A stretch of 64,000 nucleotides of DNA from Gammaproteobacteria bacterium (GTDB taxonomy: Bacteria; Pseudomonadota; Gammaproteobacteria; S012-40), in NCBI GenBank assembly GCA_029881255.1, contig JAOUMY010000005.1:259531-323530 (forward strand), read 5' to 3'. Below are positions 8,904 through 17,072 of this stretch, piece after piece. The position numbers and the translations under genes are program-made. The stretch's first letter is position 1, and the number at the start of each line of letters is the position of its first letter. The notes beneath the pieces were generated by a model. That model ran no database searches and had not been told where the DNA came from. It saw nothing but the letters and a program-made list of their open reading frames with translations.

Positions 8904-9971
8904 TCAACGAATCACAGACTTGGCGCTGTCTTCATCGAGTAGTCGCCAAACATCAATCGATCTCAAGGCCTGATCCACTATATAGATAAATCCCTTTTCA
9001 TCGCTCGCCACTCCCGAGGGAAGTAGATATCGCCCTGGTTCACCGGGCGGCTCTTGATTCCCCAGCACCAACAACAATTGTCCGTCGCTGTTAAAAAACT
9101 GTACATTCTGAAATGCTGTGTCCGAAATCACGAACAAACCGTTATGAGTTAGCGCCAATCCACGCGGCCTGGCCAATTGCCCCAAGCCGCGCCCAAGCCC
9201 GGCCCAACTGCTTTTGTACTTTCCCTCGGAATCGAACACCTGAACACGAAAGTTTCCCGCATCCAACACCACAAGATCACCCTGCAGACTTACCGTCACC
9301 TGGTTAGGATGATTAAACTGTCCTTCACCATGACCGCGTTCACCAATAAAGCGTTTGAATTTACCTTCAGAATCAAACTGAGTGACGCGATGCCGTGTTG
9401 AATCCACGCCACCTCGATCCAGGGCAAACACATCGTTATTTAACGATGAAACCGCAACATCACTAAGCCGATCAAACAGATCCGGCGTTCCAATTTCGCG
9501 CAGATAAAGGCCATATGCATCGTAGACTATGATCTTACCGCGCGCACTATCGGCAATATAAACCTGCTTGTTGTTGTCGATTGCAATTCCTGCAGGTTTT
9601 TCAAGTTTTCCTTCCCTCCGCCAGCCGAATGCAAAAAAGCGCCGACGTTGCAAATCGAACATATACGCGACGGCATCGCGACTATCCGTAATGGCAACTA
9701 AACCGTGCCGAGCCGCAATATCATAAGGCTTGTTCATGCCGGGAGCGGACTCCAACTCGCCGGTCGCAAAGCGCTGGAATCTTTGCAGAGTGGAATCGCG
9801 AACAAGATCTTCGCCAGAACGAAGACGTGCTTCCAGTTTCAATCTGGGCAAGTCCGGCGCGGGTGGCCAGTAAAAAGGTTTATTCTCAATTATCGGTGCG
9901 TTTGAACACGCTGATAACACCGACGTCAGAAAAGCAAAGCTCAACCAAAAAACCAGAATACTGAACCGCAT
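8904..9971 (-). CDS. NHL-repeat beta-propeller lipoprotein; paralog of 83-1231.
   Basis: Lipobox VLSACS. Repeated [IV]A[IV][TD]D / YV[AF]D segments (LVAITDSRDAVAYMFD, VYIADSARGKIIVYD, LVVLDAGNFRVQVFD, LFVISDTAFQNVQFF, IYIVDQALRSIDVW). Confidence 0.6.
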   Translation of the reverse strand: MRFSILVFWLSFAFLTSVLSACSNAPIIENKPFYWPPAPDLPRLKLEARLRSGEDLVRDSTLQRFQRFATGELESAPGMNKPYDIAARHGLVAITDSRDAVAYMFDLQRRRFFAFGWRREGKLEKPAGIAIDNNKQVYIADSARGKIIVYDAYGLYLREIGTPDLFDRLSDVAVSSLNNDVFALDRGGVDSTRHRVTQFDSEGKFKRFIGERGHGEGQFNHPNQVTVSLQGDLVVLDAGNFRVQVFDSEGKYKSSWAGLGRGLGQLARPRGLALTHNGLFVISDTAFQNVQFFNSDGQLLLVLGNQEPPGEPGRYLLPSGVASDEKGFIYIVDQALRSIDVWRLLDEDSAKSVIR

Positions 9972-9994
9972 TGGCCTGACTCTTACGCCACAGC

Positions 9995-10684
9995 TTAAAC
10001 TGCTTTTTTCAATTCCTCACGCATCTTGGCCACGATGCTATCGTAGCGATTCGGGTCTGAAACACCAGGCTTACCAAAAATTCCCGAGCCTGAAACAAAG
10101 GTATCTGCACCTGCTTCTGCTATCTCGCGAATGTTTTCCACTTTGACTCCACCATCTATTTCAAGGCGAATATCATAGCCAGACTCGTCAATAATTTTAC
10201 GCGCCTCTCTCAGTTTATCGAGAGTTGCAGGAATAAACGCCTGCCCGCCAAAACCAGGGTTCACAGACATCAACAAAATCATGTCGACTTTGTCGATAAC
10301 GTATTTCAGATAATCCAGAGGTGTCGCAGGGTTGAATACTAAACCCGATTTGCATCCACTACTTCTGATGAGTTGCAGGGTTCTGTCCACATGCTTGGAA
10401 GCCTCAGGGTGAAAGGTAATATAGGTGGCACCTGCCTCAGCAAAATCTGGGATGATGCGATCAACTGGCTCTACCATCAAATGCACATCAATTGGAGCGG
10501 TAATGCCATGTTTGCGCAACGCCTCACAAACCAATGGGCCAATCGTCAGATTGGGGACATAGTGATTATCCATAACGTCAAAATGGACAAAATCAGTTCC
10601 CGAATCTAATACGTTTTTGACTTCCTCGCCCAGACGGGCGAAATCTGCAGACAGGATGGACGGTGCAATCTTAAAATCTGGCAT
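9995..10684 (-). CDS. rpe: Ribulose-phosphate 3-epimerase.
   Basis: Full-length match to the Rpe family ([15 protein letters not shown]...[17 protein letters not shown]...[13 protein letters not shown]...EIDGGV). Co-directional with the cytochrome cluster and immediately upstream of it. Confidence 0.9.
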   Translation of the reverse strand: MPDFKIAPSILSADFARLGEEVKNVLDSGTDFVHFDVMDNHYVPNLTIGPLVCEALRKHGITAPIDVHLMVEPVDRIIPDFAEAGATYITFHPEASKHVDRTLQLIRSSGCKSGLVFNPATPLDYLKYVIDKVDMILLMSVNPGFGGQAFIPATLDKLREARKIIDESGYDIRLEIDGGVKVENIREIAEAGADTFVSGSGIFGKPGVSDPNRYDSIVAKMREELKKAV

Positions 10685-10736
10685 GACTTTAGCCTCTTAC
10701 CTTTACAATTCTGTTCGTAAAATCTGGCGACAAATG

Positions 10737-11690
10737 ATACTTGTCTATCCAAAAAGGACGCACTTTACCGCAATACGCCTCTATTTACAGCTTCTTTTTC
10801 GTCAGACACGCTGTCTCTTACCCGTTTCTTTTTCCGATGTGCGCGTTTACCTATTGGTGCCGACATTACTCTGCGCCCAGCCGGGATTCTCCAGTAATCT
10901 ATGGGAGGAACAACAAATCTGGCAGGAGATCGAGAACTCGGTCCCCAAAAGCCAGATTGTGAAATTAGATGCTGGGAAGCGCTACCCCGTATTGGGATTA
11001 TACATTGCGTCCAGCCTGAACGAGGCTGACGGCGGCGTGCTCATACTCCATGACTTCGGGCACCACCCGAATTGGCCACGTGTCAGTCGACCACTGCGTG
11101 AACAATTACCCGATTCCGGCTGGCATACCCTCGCGATCCAAATGCCCATTCCGGATCCTATGTGGAATTTTGACAATCCTGCGGATGTTCTCAAAGAGTC
11201 TGTAGCGCGAATCGAATCCGCGATTTCGTTTATGCAACAAAGAAACATCGAGCCTTTGGCTATTATCGCCCACGGCCAAAGCGCCGCAGTGGTCACGCAA
11301 TACCTGGCAGAAACGCCGCAACACCCATTTAAAGCACTGGTGGCCATTAGCCTACCTCACCAAGAACAAAGCGAAGACTGGCATAATATTAAGAAAAATC
11401 TGGTCAATCTTCAGTTACCCATGTTGGATATTTATGCCGAACGGGACTATACATCGGTAACTGATCACGCCCATATGCGCCTGGTTGCCGCCCGCGTCGC
11501 AGGAAAAAACTTGAAACTTGGGCCACCTCCCATTGCTCACTCCAGCAAGGTACAAGAACTCGCGAAAAACAAGACCAGCAATCTATGGTTTCGACAGATC
11601 ATGTTGCCTGGCGCCTTTCCAGACTTCCCCTACAATACCGACGAACTGGTGAAAGCCATTAGAGGCTGGCTTTCCGTATATAGCCGATAA
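10737..11690 (+). CDS. Secreted alpha/beta-hydrolase-like protein (DUF3530-like). Start is uncertain: the ATG at 10737 or the GTG at 10846 could be used; the 10617 ORF start overlaps rpe.
   Basis: Possible signal peptide VYLLVPTLLCAQP. Hydrolase-like core LILHDFGHHPNWP...AIIAHGQSAAVV. The family assignment is tentative. Confidence 0.45.
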   Translation: MLVYPKRTHFTAIRLYLQLLFRQTRCLLPVSFSDVRVYLLVPTLLCAQPGFSSNLWEEQQIWQEIENSVPKSQIVKLDAGKRYPVLGLYIASSLNEADGGVLILHDFGHHPNWPRVSRPLREQLPDSGWHTLAIQMPIPDPMWNFDNPADVLKESVARIESAISFMQQRNIEPLAIIAHGQSAAVVTQYLAETPQHPFKALVAISLPHQEQSEDWHNIKKNLVNLQLPMLDIYAERDYTSVTDHAHMRLVAARVAGKNLKLGPPPIAHSSKVQELAKNKTSNLWFRQIMLPGAFPDFPYNTDELVKAIRGWLSVYSR

Positions 11691-11818
11691 GCACTAGCAA
11701 CCTGAAAAGATTAAGTTTTTCCGCCTTATCGCGCGCAAAACCCACCTCTACCAGTGTCCCCAGCGTATCCATTGGTGCATAATTGTAAGTAGTATCACCA
11801 GCTGTTAGACGGAATATC

Positions 11819-12274
11819 ATGGCATTAGCGATCACTCTTCATCTTTTGGCCGCAATCGTTTGGATTGGGGGAATGTTTTTCGCGTATATGGCGCTTCGAC
11901 CGGCGGCCGCTAGGGTGCTAGAACCACCACCCAGACTCCATCTGTGGCAACTCACTTTTAAACGCTTTTTCGTCTGGGTCTGGGTGTGCGTATTAGTTCT
12001 GCCACTAACCGGCTACTGGATGGTTTTTTTCGTACTTGATGGGTTTGGTCAAGCTGCCCTGTACATCCATATCATGCATTTCCTTGGACTGGTCATGATT
12101 GCGATTTATATGTTTGTTTATTTTCGCCCGTACCAGGGACTTAAAGATGCCATACGCGCAGAAGATTTCCCGTTAGCAGCTAGCCATCTCAATAAAATGC
12201 GACAACTCATAGCAATCAATCTCAGCCTGGGGATTGCAACAGTGTTAGTTGCTAGTATGGGGCGATATTTTTGA
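11819..12274 (+). CDS. Small four-TM membrane protein, CopD-like (putative copper-resistance protein D family).
   Basis: Four hydrophobic helices. N-terminal motif [14 protein letters not shown] resembles the CopD-family signature. Confidence 0.45.
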   Translation: MALAITLHLLAAIVWIGGMFFAYMALRPAAARVLEPPPRLHLWQLTFKRFFVWVWVCVLVLPLTGYWMVFFVLDGFGQAALYIHIMHFLGLVMIAIYMFVYFRPYQGLKDAIRAEDFPLAASHLNKMRQLIAINLSLGIATVLVASMGRYF

Positions 12275-14415
12275 AATTTGTACCGGCGCTTTATTTTGTC
12301 TCATTAATTGCGCTTACGTTGGGATATTCCACAACGCTGGTAGCCGAACGCTATGCATATGAAGAAATCCCACTCAGTGATGTCATCGTTATCAACAACA
12401 GTAATAAAGTTCTCGGGCACAACGCACTTGGACAACCCACCGTTCTGATTTATACGGCAGAAAATCGATACTCGAGAATCATTGGCGACACGACGGTTCC
12501 GAACACTGCAATACTATCCCTAGCCGGTTTGGATGCAAAAGAAGTACACGCAACTGATATCAATAGCCCTGCACCCGAAGATGAATCATCAGAAATAGTT
12601 TCAGGTTGGTATCTAGACCTAGACGATAAAGAACACGCCGTAATCTGGCGAAACACCGAAGGTGCGTATACCGACGAACAACTTCCGAACTTTAAAAAAG
12701 AGCAAAACATATGTCCCGAAAGTGGAGTTCAAGGGAATGATTGCATCCTGAGAGAAGAAATTGAAGATGTGCTTATCGCAGTACAAACTTCCCAGGGTTG
12801 TGACAATAGCGCGTGGACAGATTGGGTGGCAAGCGACCCCTTCCCTACACCTTCAATCGTGACAGAATGCGACTTCCGCAGCAAAGCATACGCACTCAAT
12901 GATAATGGCATTGTTGTTGGCATTTCGATTCGCTACGACGGCACAACACGCGCAATCGCCTGGGAGGAAGAAGAAATCACTAGCGACGACGAGACTGCCA
13001 CTCCCGAAGTTGCCTATGTGGCAAGGGACCTGGCAACCATCAATGTAGGAGGGAAGATTAACAGCCTTATTGCCCAAGCATCGAAAATTAATCGACACAG
13101 CAATGAAATTACCGGTGAAATATTCAAAGAAACCGAAGCTCGGTTCAACGCAACATTGTGGTCAGACACGACCAAAGCCCCGGTCGATATAGTCAAGGAT
13201 GCTGCCGGAACTCACTACGATAACCCAATAGGCATAACCAGCATCACATTAAATGGCGTTATTGGCTGGTATGCCGACAATAGCGGCTTGATTCGTCCAG
13301 TCCGTTGGCGCCGATTTCAAAACGATCAACAGGAATTGGTTTTTGAATCTAAGGACATCATAACGCTCGAGGAAGATATCGGATATGGCCGTATCTATCA
13401 GGCCAATGATCTAGGCGAATTCGTTGGTGCCTCAGGCCTGGATCCCGCAAACTACCGAGCATATAAATTAAGTCCGCAATGCGGTGTGCAAAATCTCAAT
13501 GAGCTGCTCGCGTTTCCAAACCCTGATTTATCATTAAAAAAAGCGCTATCTGTTACGACACGCATAAAAGAGAATTTTATCGTCGCATCTGGCCAAATGG
13601 CGGACGATACAACAGAGCGTTTCTACGTTTTGAGCCCTACCAGCGTCGATATCGATCTTCAAACTGCAATCATTTCTGATCATGAGCGACTGACAGTTGG
13701 TGAAAAACACACCTATTCCATAGTAATTCGAAACAATAGCGATATTGCAGAACCCAATAAATACGCAACCTGCCTTAGCGCTAATATTGCTCCGGTCATT
13801 CCTGTAAAGCGCGACACGTCTCTTAACCCGGATCTTTCGGAAATCTATTACAAATCTGGTGGCTTAACAATAATCAGTGCCGAAGGTACCGATGGAGTGA
13901 TTTGCAATTGGACACCCATAGATGTCAATTGTTTCGTTGACAGACTAGACCCCGGACAATTTGTCACCGTCACTCTTCTAACCGAGCCGCGTATTATTCT
14001 CGCAGATCGCACGATTGCTATGACGTCTATCATTCAATCAAGCGAAAACGAGATAAAGGAAGACGACAACAAAGCCATAACATTCACGCATATCGATCGT
14101 GAAGGATGCTTTATCGCTACAGCCGCCTATGGCTCATATCTCGAAGAACATGTACAGACACTCAGAAAATTTCGCGATGACGTTTTATTGAAGACATCTG
14201 TAGGCCGCTGGCTCGTACATCAATATTATAAATATTCCCCCGAGCTGGCAGATTACATCGCGCAACATTCAGAATTGCGGATGATCGTTCGATGGCTGTT
14301 AACACCCATTGTTTGGATCATCGAAAAGCCCTTGCTATTCCTTTTTGCATTAAGCGGAATGCTCATGTTTATTGCTTTGTTGAAAACATCAGCACGACGG
14401 ACTCAACCAATGTAG
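12271..14415 (+). CDS. Large acidic secreted protein (713 aa) with a C-terminal CFI-box-type sorting domain and a terminal TM anchor. Starts at a TTG that overlaps the upstream stop codon (TTGA).
   Basis: Signal peptide. C-terminus ...[30 protein letters not shown]...[35 protein letters not shown] matches what I recall as the CFI-box-CTERM motif ([10 protein letters not shown] followed by a TM helix and a basic tail). Confidence 0.55.
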   Translation: MKFVPALYFVSLIALTLGYSTTLVAERYAYEEIPLSDVIVINNSNKVLGHNALGQPTVLIYTAENRYSRIIGDTTVPNTAILSLAGLDAKEVHATDINSPAPEDESSEIVSGWYLDLDDKEHAVIWRNTEGAYTDEQLPNFKKEQNICPESGVQGNDCILREEIEDVLIAVQTSQGCDNSAWTDWVASDPFPTPSIVTECDFRSKAYALNDNGIVVGISIRYDGTTRAIAWEEEEITSDDETATPEVAYVARDLATINVGGKINSLIAQASKINRHSNEITGEIFKETEARFNATLWSDTTKAPVDIVKDAAGTHYDNPIGITSITLNGVIGWYADNSGLIRPVRWRRFQNDQQELVFESKDIITLEEDIGYGRIYQANDLGEFVGASGLDPANYRAYKLSPQCGVQNLNELLAFPNPDLSLKKALSVTTRIKENFIVASGQMADDTTERFYVLSPTSVDIDLQTAIISDHERLTVGEKHTYSIVIRNNSDIAEPNKYATCLSANIAPVIPVKRDTSLNPDLSEIYYKSGGLTIISAEGTDGVICNWTPIDVNCFVDRLDPGQFVTVTLLTEPRIILADRTIAMTSIIQSSENEIKEDDNKAITFTHIDREGCFIATAAYGSYLEEHVQTLRKFRDDVLLKTSVGRWLVHQYYKYSPELADYIAQHSELRMIVRWLLTPIVWIIEKPLLFLFALSGMLMFIALLKTSARRTQPM

Positions 14416-14422
14416 TCCAAAT

Positions 14423-14450
14423 AAAAAAGGGCTCATTCTAGCCCTTTTTA
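14423..14450. terminator. Bidirectional rho-independent terminator between convergent genes.
   Basis: AAAAAAGGGCT-cattct-AGCCCTTTTT. Confidence 0.6.
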
Positions 14451-14468
14451 TGATTGAATGAATCGAAA

Positions 14469-14858
14469 CTAGCTTCCGAGTGCCGCGCAAACTCGTTGCA
14501 GCTTTTCCCTCACTTCCATTCCAAGCTTTTCAACCTCGGGACGGTTCACTAATCCCAATACGGATTTAGGATCCATAAATCCGATAGTAACAGCACCGTC
14601 TTCCTCTTCACGAACCACGACATTACACGGCAATAACAAACCAATATCAGGCTCGGCATCCAAGGCCTGGTTTGCATAGCCGGGATTACAGGCCCCCAGA
14701 ATCTTGTACGGTCTTTTTTCCACGCCAAGTTTCGCCTTTAATGTAGCCTGCACATCGATTTCGGTCAGAATCCCGAATCCCTCTTTTTTCAATTCGTCCG
14801 CAATGCGCACTTGTGCTTCGTCGAAGCTACCGGGAAATGTTGTGCTGAAACCGTACAT
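14469..14858 (-). CDS. DUF302-domain protein.
   Basis: Family-typical sequence FDEAQVRIADELKKEGFGILTEIDVQATLKAKLG...YKILGACNP. Confidence 0.75.
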   Translation of the reverse strand: MYGFSTTFPGSFDEAQVRIADELKKEGFGILTEIDVQATLKAKLGVEKRPYKILGACNPGYANQALDAEPDIGLLLPCNVVVREEEDGAVTIGFMDPKSVLGLVNRPEVEKLGMEVREKLQRVCAALGS

Positions 14859-14954
14859 AAAAAACCTCCTGTATATTCGGGTAAAAGGACTCGCTAGAAA
14901 CTCATCAACGTACCACTACTTTTAGCAGCATGCACTCATTTATCCAACTTCAAG

Positions 14955-15398
14955 TTATTGCCTATCGTTGATGTCTTGCCAAGCATGATATACCTGCATA
15001 GGCCACAAAGACTGGAACCAGGTAATCACGTTGTCTATATCCTGCTCGCTAAGCTTATCTCGCCACGCAGGCATATTGCCATTTGGCAAAGTACCGTTTT
15101 CGATGACTTCCTTCAGCACCTTTGTTGGATGGTGCCAAGCGTGTCCAGTCCCATTAAGCGGGGGCGGGGGAAACTTCCCTGAGGCGTCAGATTCGCGCCA
15201 GTTTTCTGCGCCAACCGCATTAACACCATGGCATTTCTGACAATGCGCAGAATAGATGACAAAGCCTTTATCAACTTTTTGTCGATCAAATACTGGCTTG
15301 ATCTTTCTAGCACCTGCCGATTCAGTGTTGTCTGAACAAGCACTCATTGCCACAAAGGTAATGCAAGCTACCACAAACAACACGCTACTAATGCGCAT
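14955..15398 (-). CDS. Monoheme class-I c-type cytochrome, lipoprotein.
   Basis: Lipobox AMSACS. Single CQKCH motif. Met-ligand region NGNMPAW. Confidence 0.75.
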   Translation of the reverse strand: MRISSVLFVVACITFVAMSACSDNTESAGARKIKPVFDRQKVDKGFVIYSAHCQKCHGVNAVGAENWRESDASGKFPPPPLNGTGHAWHHPTKVLKEVIENGTLPNGNMPAWRDKLSEQDIDNVITWFQSLWPMQVYHAWQDINDRQ

Positions 15399-16008
15399 GA
15401 GGTTTATTATCTGTGTGCTCGTGGGTTGGCATTTCTTCTCCAGACATTACCGCATCTCCACCCATTAAATCATCCTGGTGTGACAAATCGGAGGAAGAAG
15501 GTTGAACATTGTGTGCATGGCCTTCGCCATGATCGTGATCGTGGCCATCACCTTCAGACTTAGGCAAAGACATGACGCCAAGTCCATATCGATATACGAG
15601 TTCTCCACCCAACCATGAAGTCGATAGCAAAGCCACCAGTCCTATGACTAAAAGCCCGTTAAACGCCCTTGGTTCGTCGTTTTTCGATCTGTGACACCAT
15701 ATCGCCCACACCGCTGCAATTCCAAATACAAGGAAAGTTCCTAACGCGACGTTTCTATGTATAGTCATCCACTCATGAGACGGGCCGTCGTGATTCACTG
15801 TGTAGTACGCGTATACTCCAGCAGCCACTGTCAGCACGCTTAGTGCCGAACCTATCCATAGGCTCCATCTGGCCATAACCCGCAACTGTAGACGAGTTGT
15901 GTATTGAGCAGCAAAATTGGAAAATAAATAAATTACGACGGAGACACTTAGCAACGCGATAGTGTAATGAACAAATACTGGATGCCAATTTGGAATTATA
16001 TCTATCAT
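15388..16008 (-). CDS. DUF2231-type four-TM membrane protein with a His-rich C-terminal tail.
   Basis: Four TM helices. Tail ...SEGDGHDHDHGEGHAHN...HEHTDNKPHAH. Overlaps the downstream cytochrome c gene by 11 nt, so the two are probably in one operon. Confidence 0.6.
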   Translation of the reverse strand: MIDIIPNWHPVFVHYTIALLSVSVVIYLFSNFAAQYTTRLQLRVMARWSLWIGSALSVLTVAAGVYAYYTVNHDGPSHEWMTIHRNVALGTFLVFGIAAVWAIWCHRSKNDEPRAFNGLLVIGLVALLSTSWLGGELVYRYGLGVMSLPKSEGDGHDHDHGEGHAHNVQPSSSDLSHQDDLMGGDAVMSGEEMPTHEHTDNKPHAH

Positions 16009-16242
16009 TGAAGCACTTATACCTTTTCACTCGATCCCAGGGTATTAGATCACTTCCGGTTCAGCATCTCAATATCACTATGGAAAAGTAATGCGCCTAG
16101 AATCGTGATTAAGTTAGCCAGCGAGAGAGAACAAGACAAAAAAAGCTGAAAAAGTGCAAATTACGTAGAAAAAATAGGCATTCTGAATTTCTTAATACCG
16201 CTATCAATCGCTAGAAAACTAATTTGTGGATGCCTCTGTAAA

Positions 16243-16573
16243 AGAAAACCGGGGAGCAAACGTTCAGTTCACACCCCGGCAACACGTGGGAATTTATTAC
16301 TAATCTGTAAATACTGACATCAGAAATTTTAAAAAGTGCCGGGAGTAAAACTCCATTTGTTTTAACATCCCGGCAACACGTGGGAAGTCAGTACTCTCTT
16401 GTCTCTTACCATCCCATCTTGTTTAAAAATGCCGGGAGCAAAACTCCATTTGTTTTAGCATCCCGGCAACACGTGGGAAGTCTTAATATCTCGTCTCTTA
16501 CCGTCCCATCATGTTAAAAATGCCGGGAGCAAAACTCCATTTGTTTTAGCATCCCGGCAACACGTGGGAAGTC
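16243..16573. repeat. Tandem array of four ~92-bp repeats (units begin near 16243, 16331, 16425, 16516). Each unit contains a long imperfect hairpin and a CACGTG palindrome. On the minus strand each hairpin is followed by ATTTTT, so each reads as an intrinsic terminator.
   Basis: Units 3 and 4 are near-identical over the whole period, including the ~34-nt inter-hairpin segment; units 1 and 2 are degenerate. Core AAAAATGCCGGGAGCAAAACTCCATTTGTTTTAGCATCCCGGCAACACGTGGGAAGTC. Confidence 0.8.
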
Positions 16574-16688
16574 ATTTATTCGTTACAGTAAATTCTAAAT
16601 ATTCAGAAAGCTACGCTTCGATTACACACAATAAACACTGAATGAGCACTGAATAGAAGGGAAGCCGCGGACGGACTACTCCCTGAGA

Positions 16689-17072
16689 CTAGGCAGATAT
16701 CGGTGGACGAATGTCTGCTGGAAGTGAAACAGTAGTGAGCTTATAAATATCTCTGAACTGGACACCAGTTTTTTTCCAATTGGCGCCGCAGAAAACCTGA
16801 ACCTCGCTAACCGCAGCTGCAATCAATTGGGTTGAACAGGTATTATCCGGTCCGTAATCATTGTTGTCGCTCACCTGAATATCAGAAAAATCGACATCAC
16901 TCAGGTCAATTGCGCTGGAATGGGAAGAATGAGAATCGTGTTCGATAGAGGAGTTTATATCAACTCGATCATGGAAAAGACAGTCAACAGATGCGGCCAC
17001 CACAGACAACGGCATCCACGCTGCGATCAAAACGCAGTAAAAGACTATAGTTTTTTTTGTAAATCTTCCCAT
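16689..17072 (-). CDS. Small secreted His/Ser/Asp-rich protein; overlaps the czcA stop by 28 nt.
   Basis: Signal peptide. Mature part [35 protein letters not shown] with two Cys. Function unknown; possibly a periplasmic metal binder. Confidence 0.4.
   Translation of the reverse strand: MGRFTKKTIVFYCVLIAAWMPLSVVAASVDCLFHDRVDINSSIEHDSHSSHSSAIDLSDVDFSDIQVSDNNDYGPDNTCSTQLIAAAVSEVQVFCGANWKKTGVQFRDIYKLTTVSLPADIRPPISA

Noticed and set aside
10617-10736. The 5' extension of the hydrolase ORF back to 10617.
   Set aside because: It would overlap the rpe coding region on the opposite strand by ~70 nt. Downstream ATG/GTG starts give a plausible signal peptide.
16243-16573. A CRISPR array interpretation of the tandem repeats.
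   Set aside because: The repeat core is ~58 nt and the ~34-nt inter-repeat segments are themselves near-identical between units. The whole ~92-bp period is repeated and there are no unique spacers. No cas genes are nearby.
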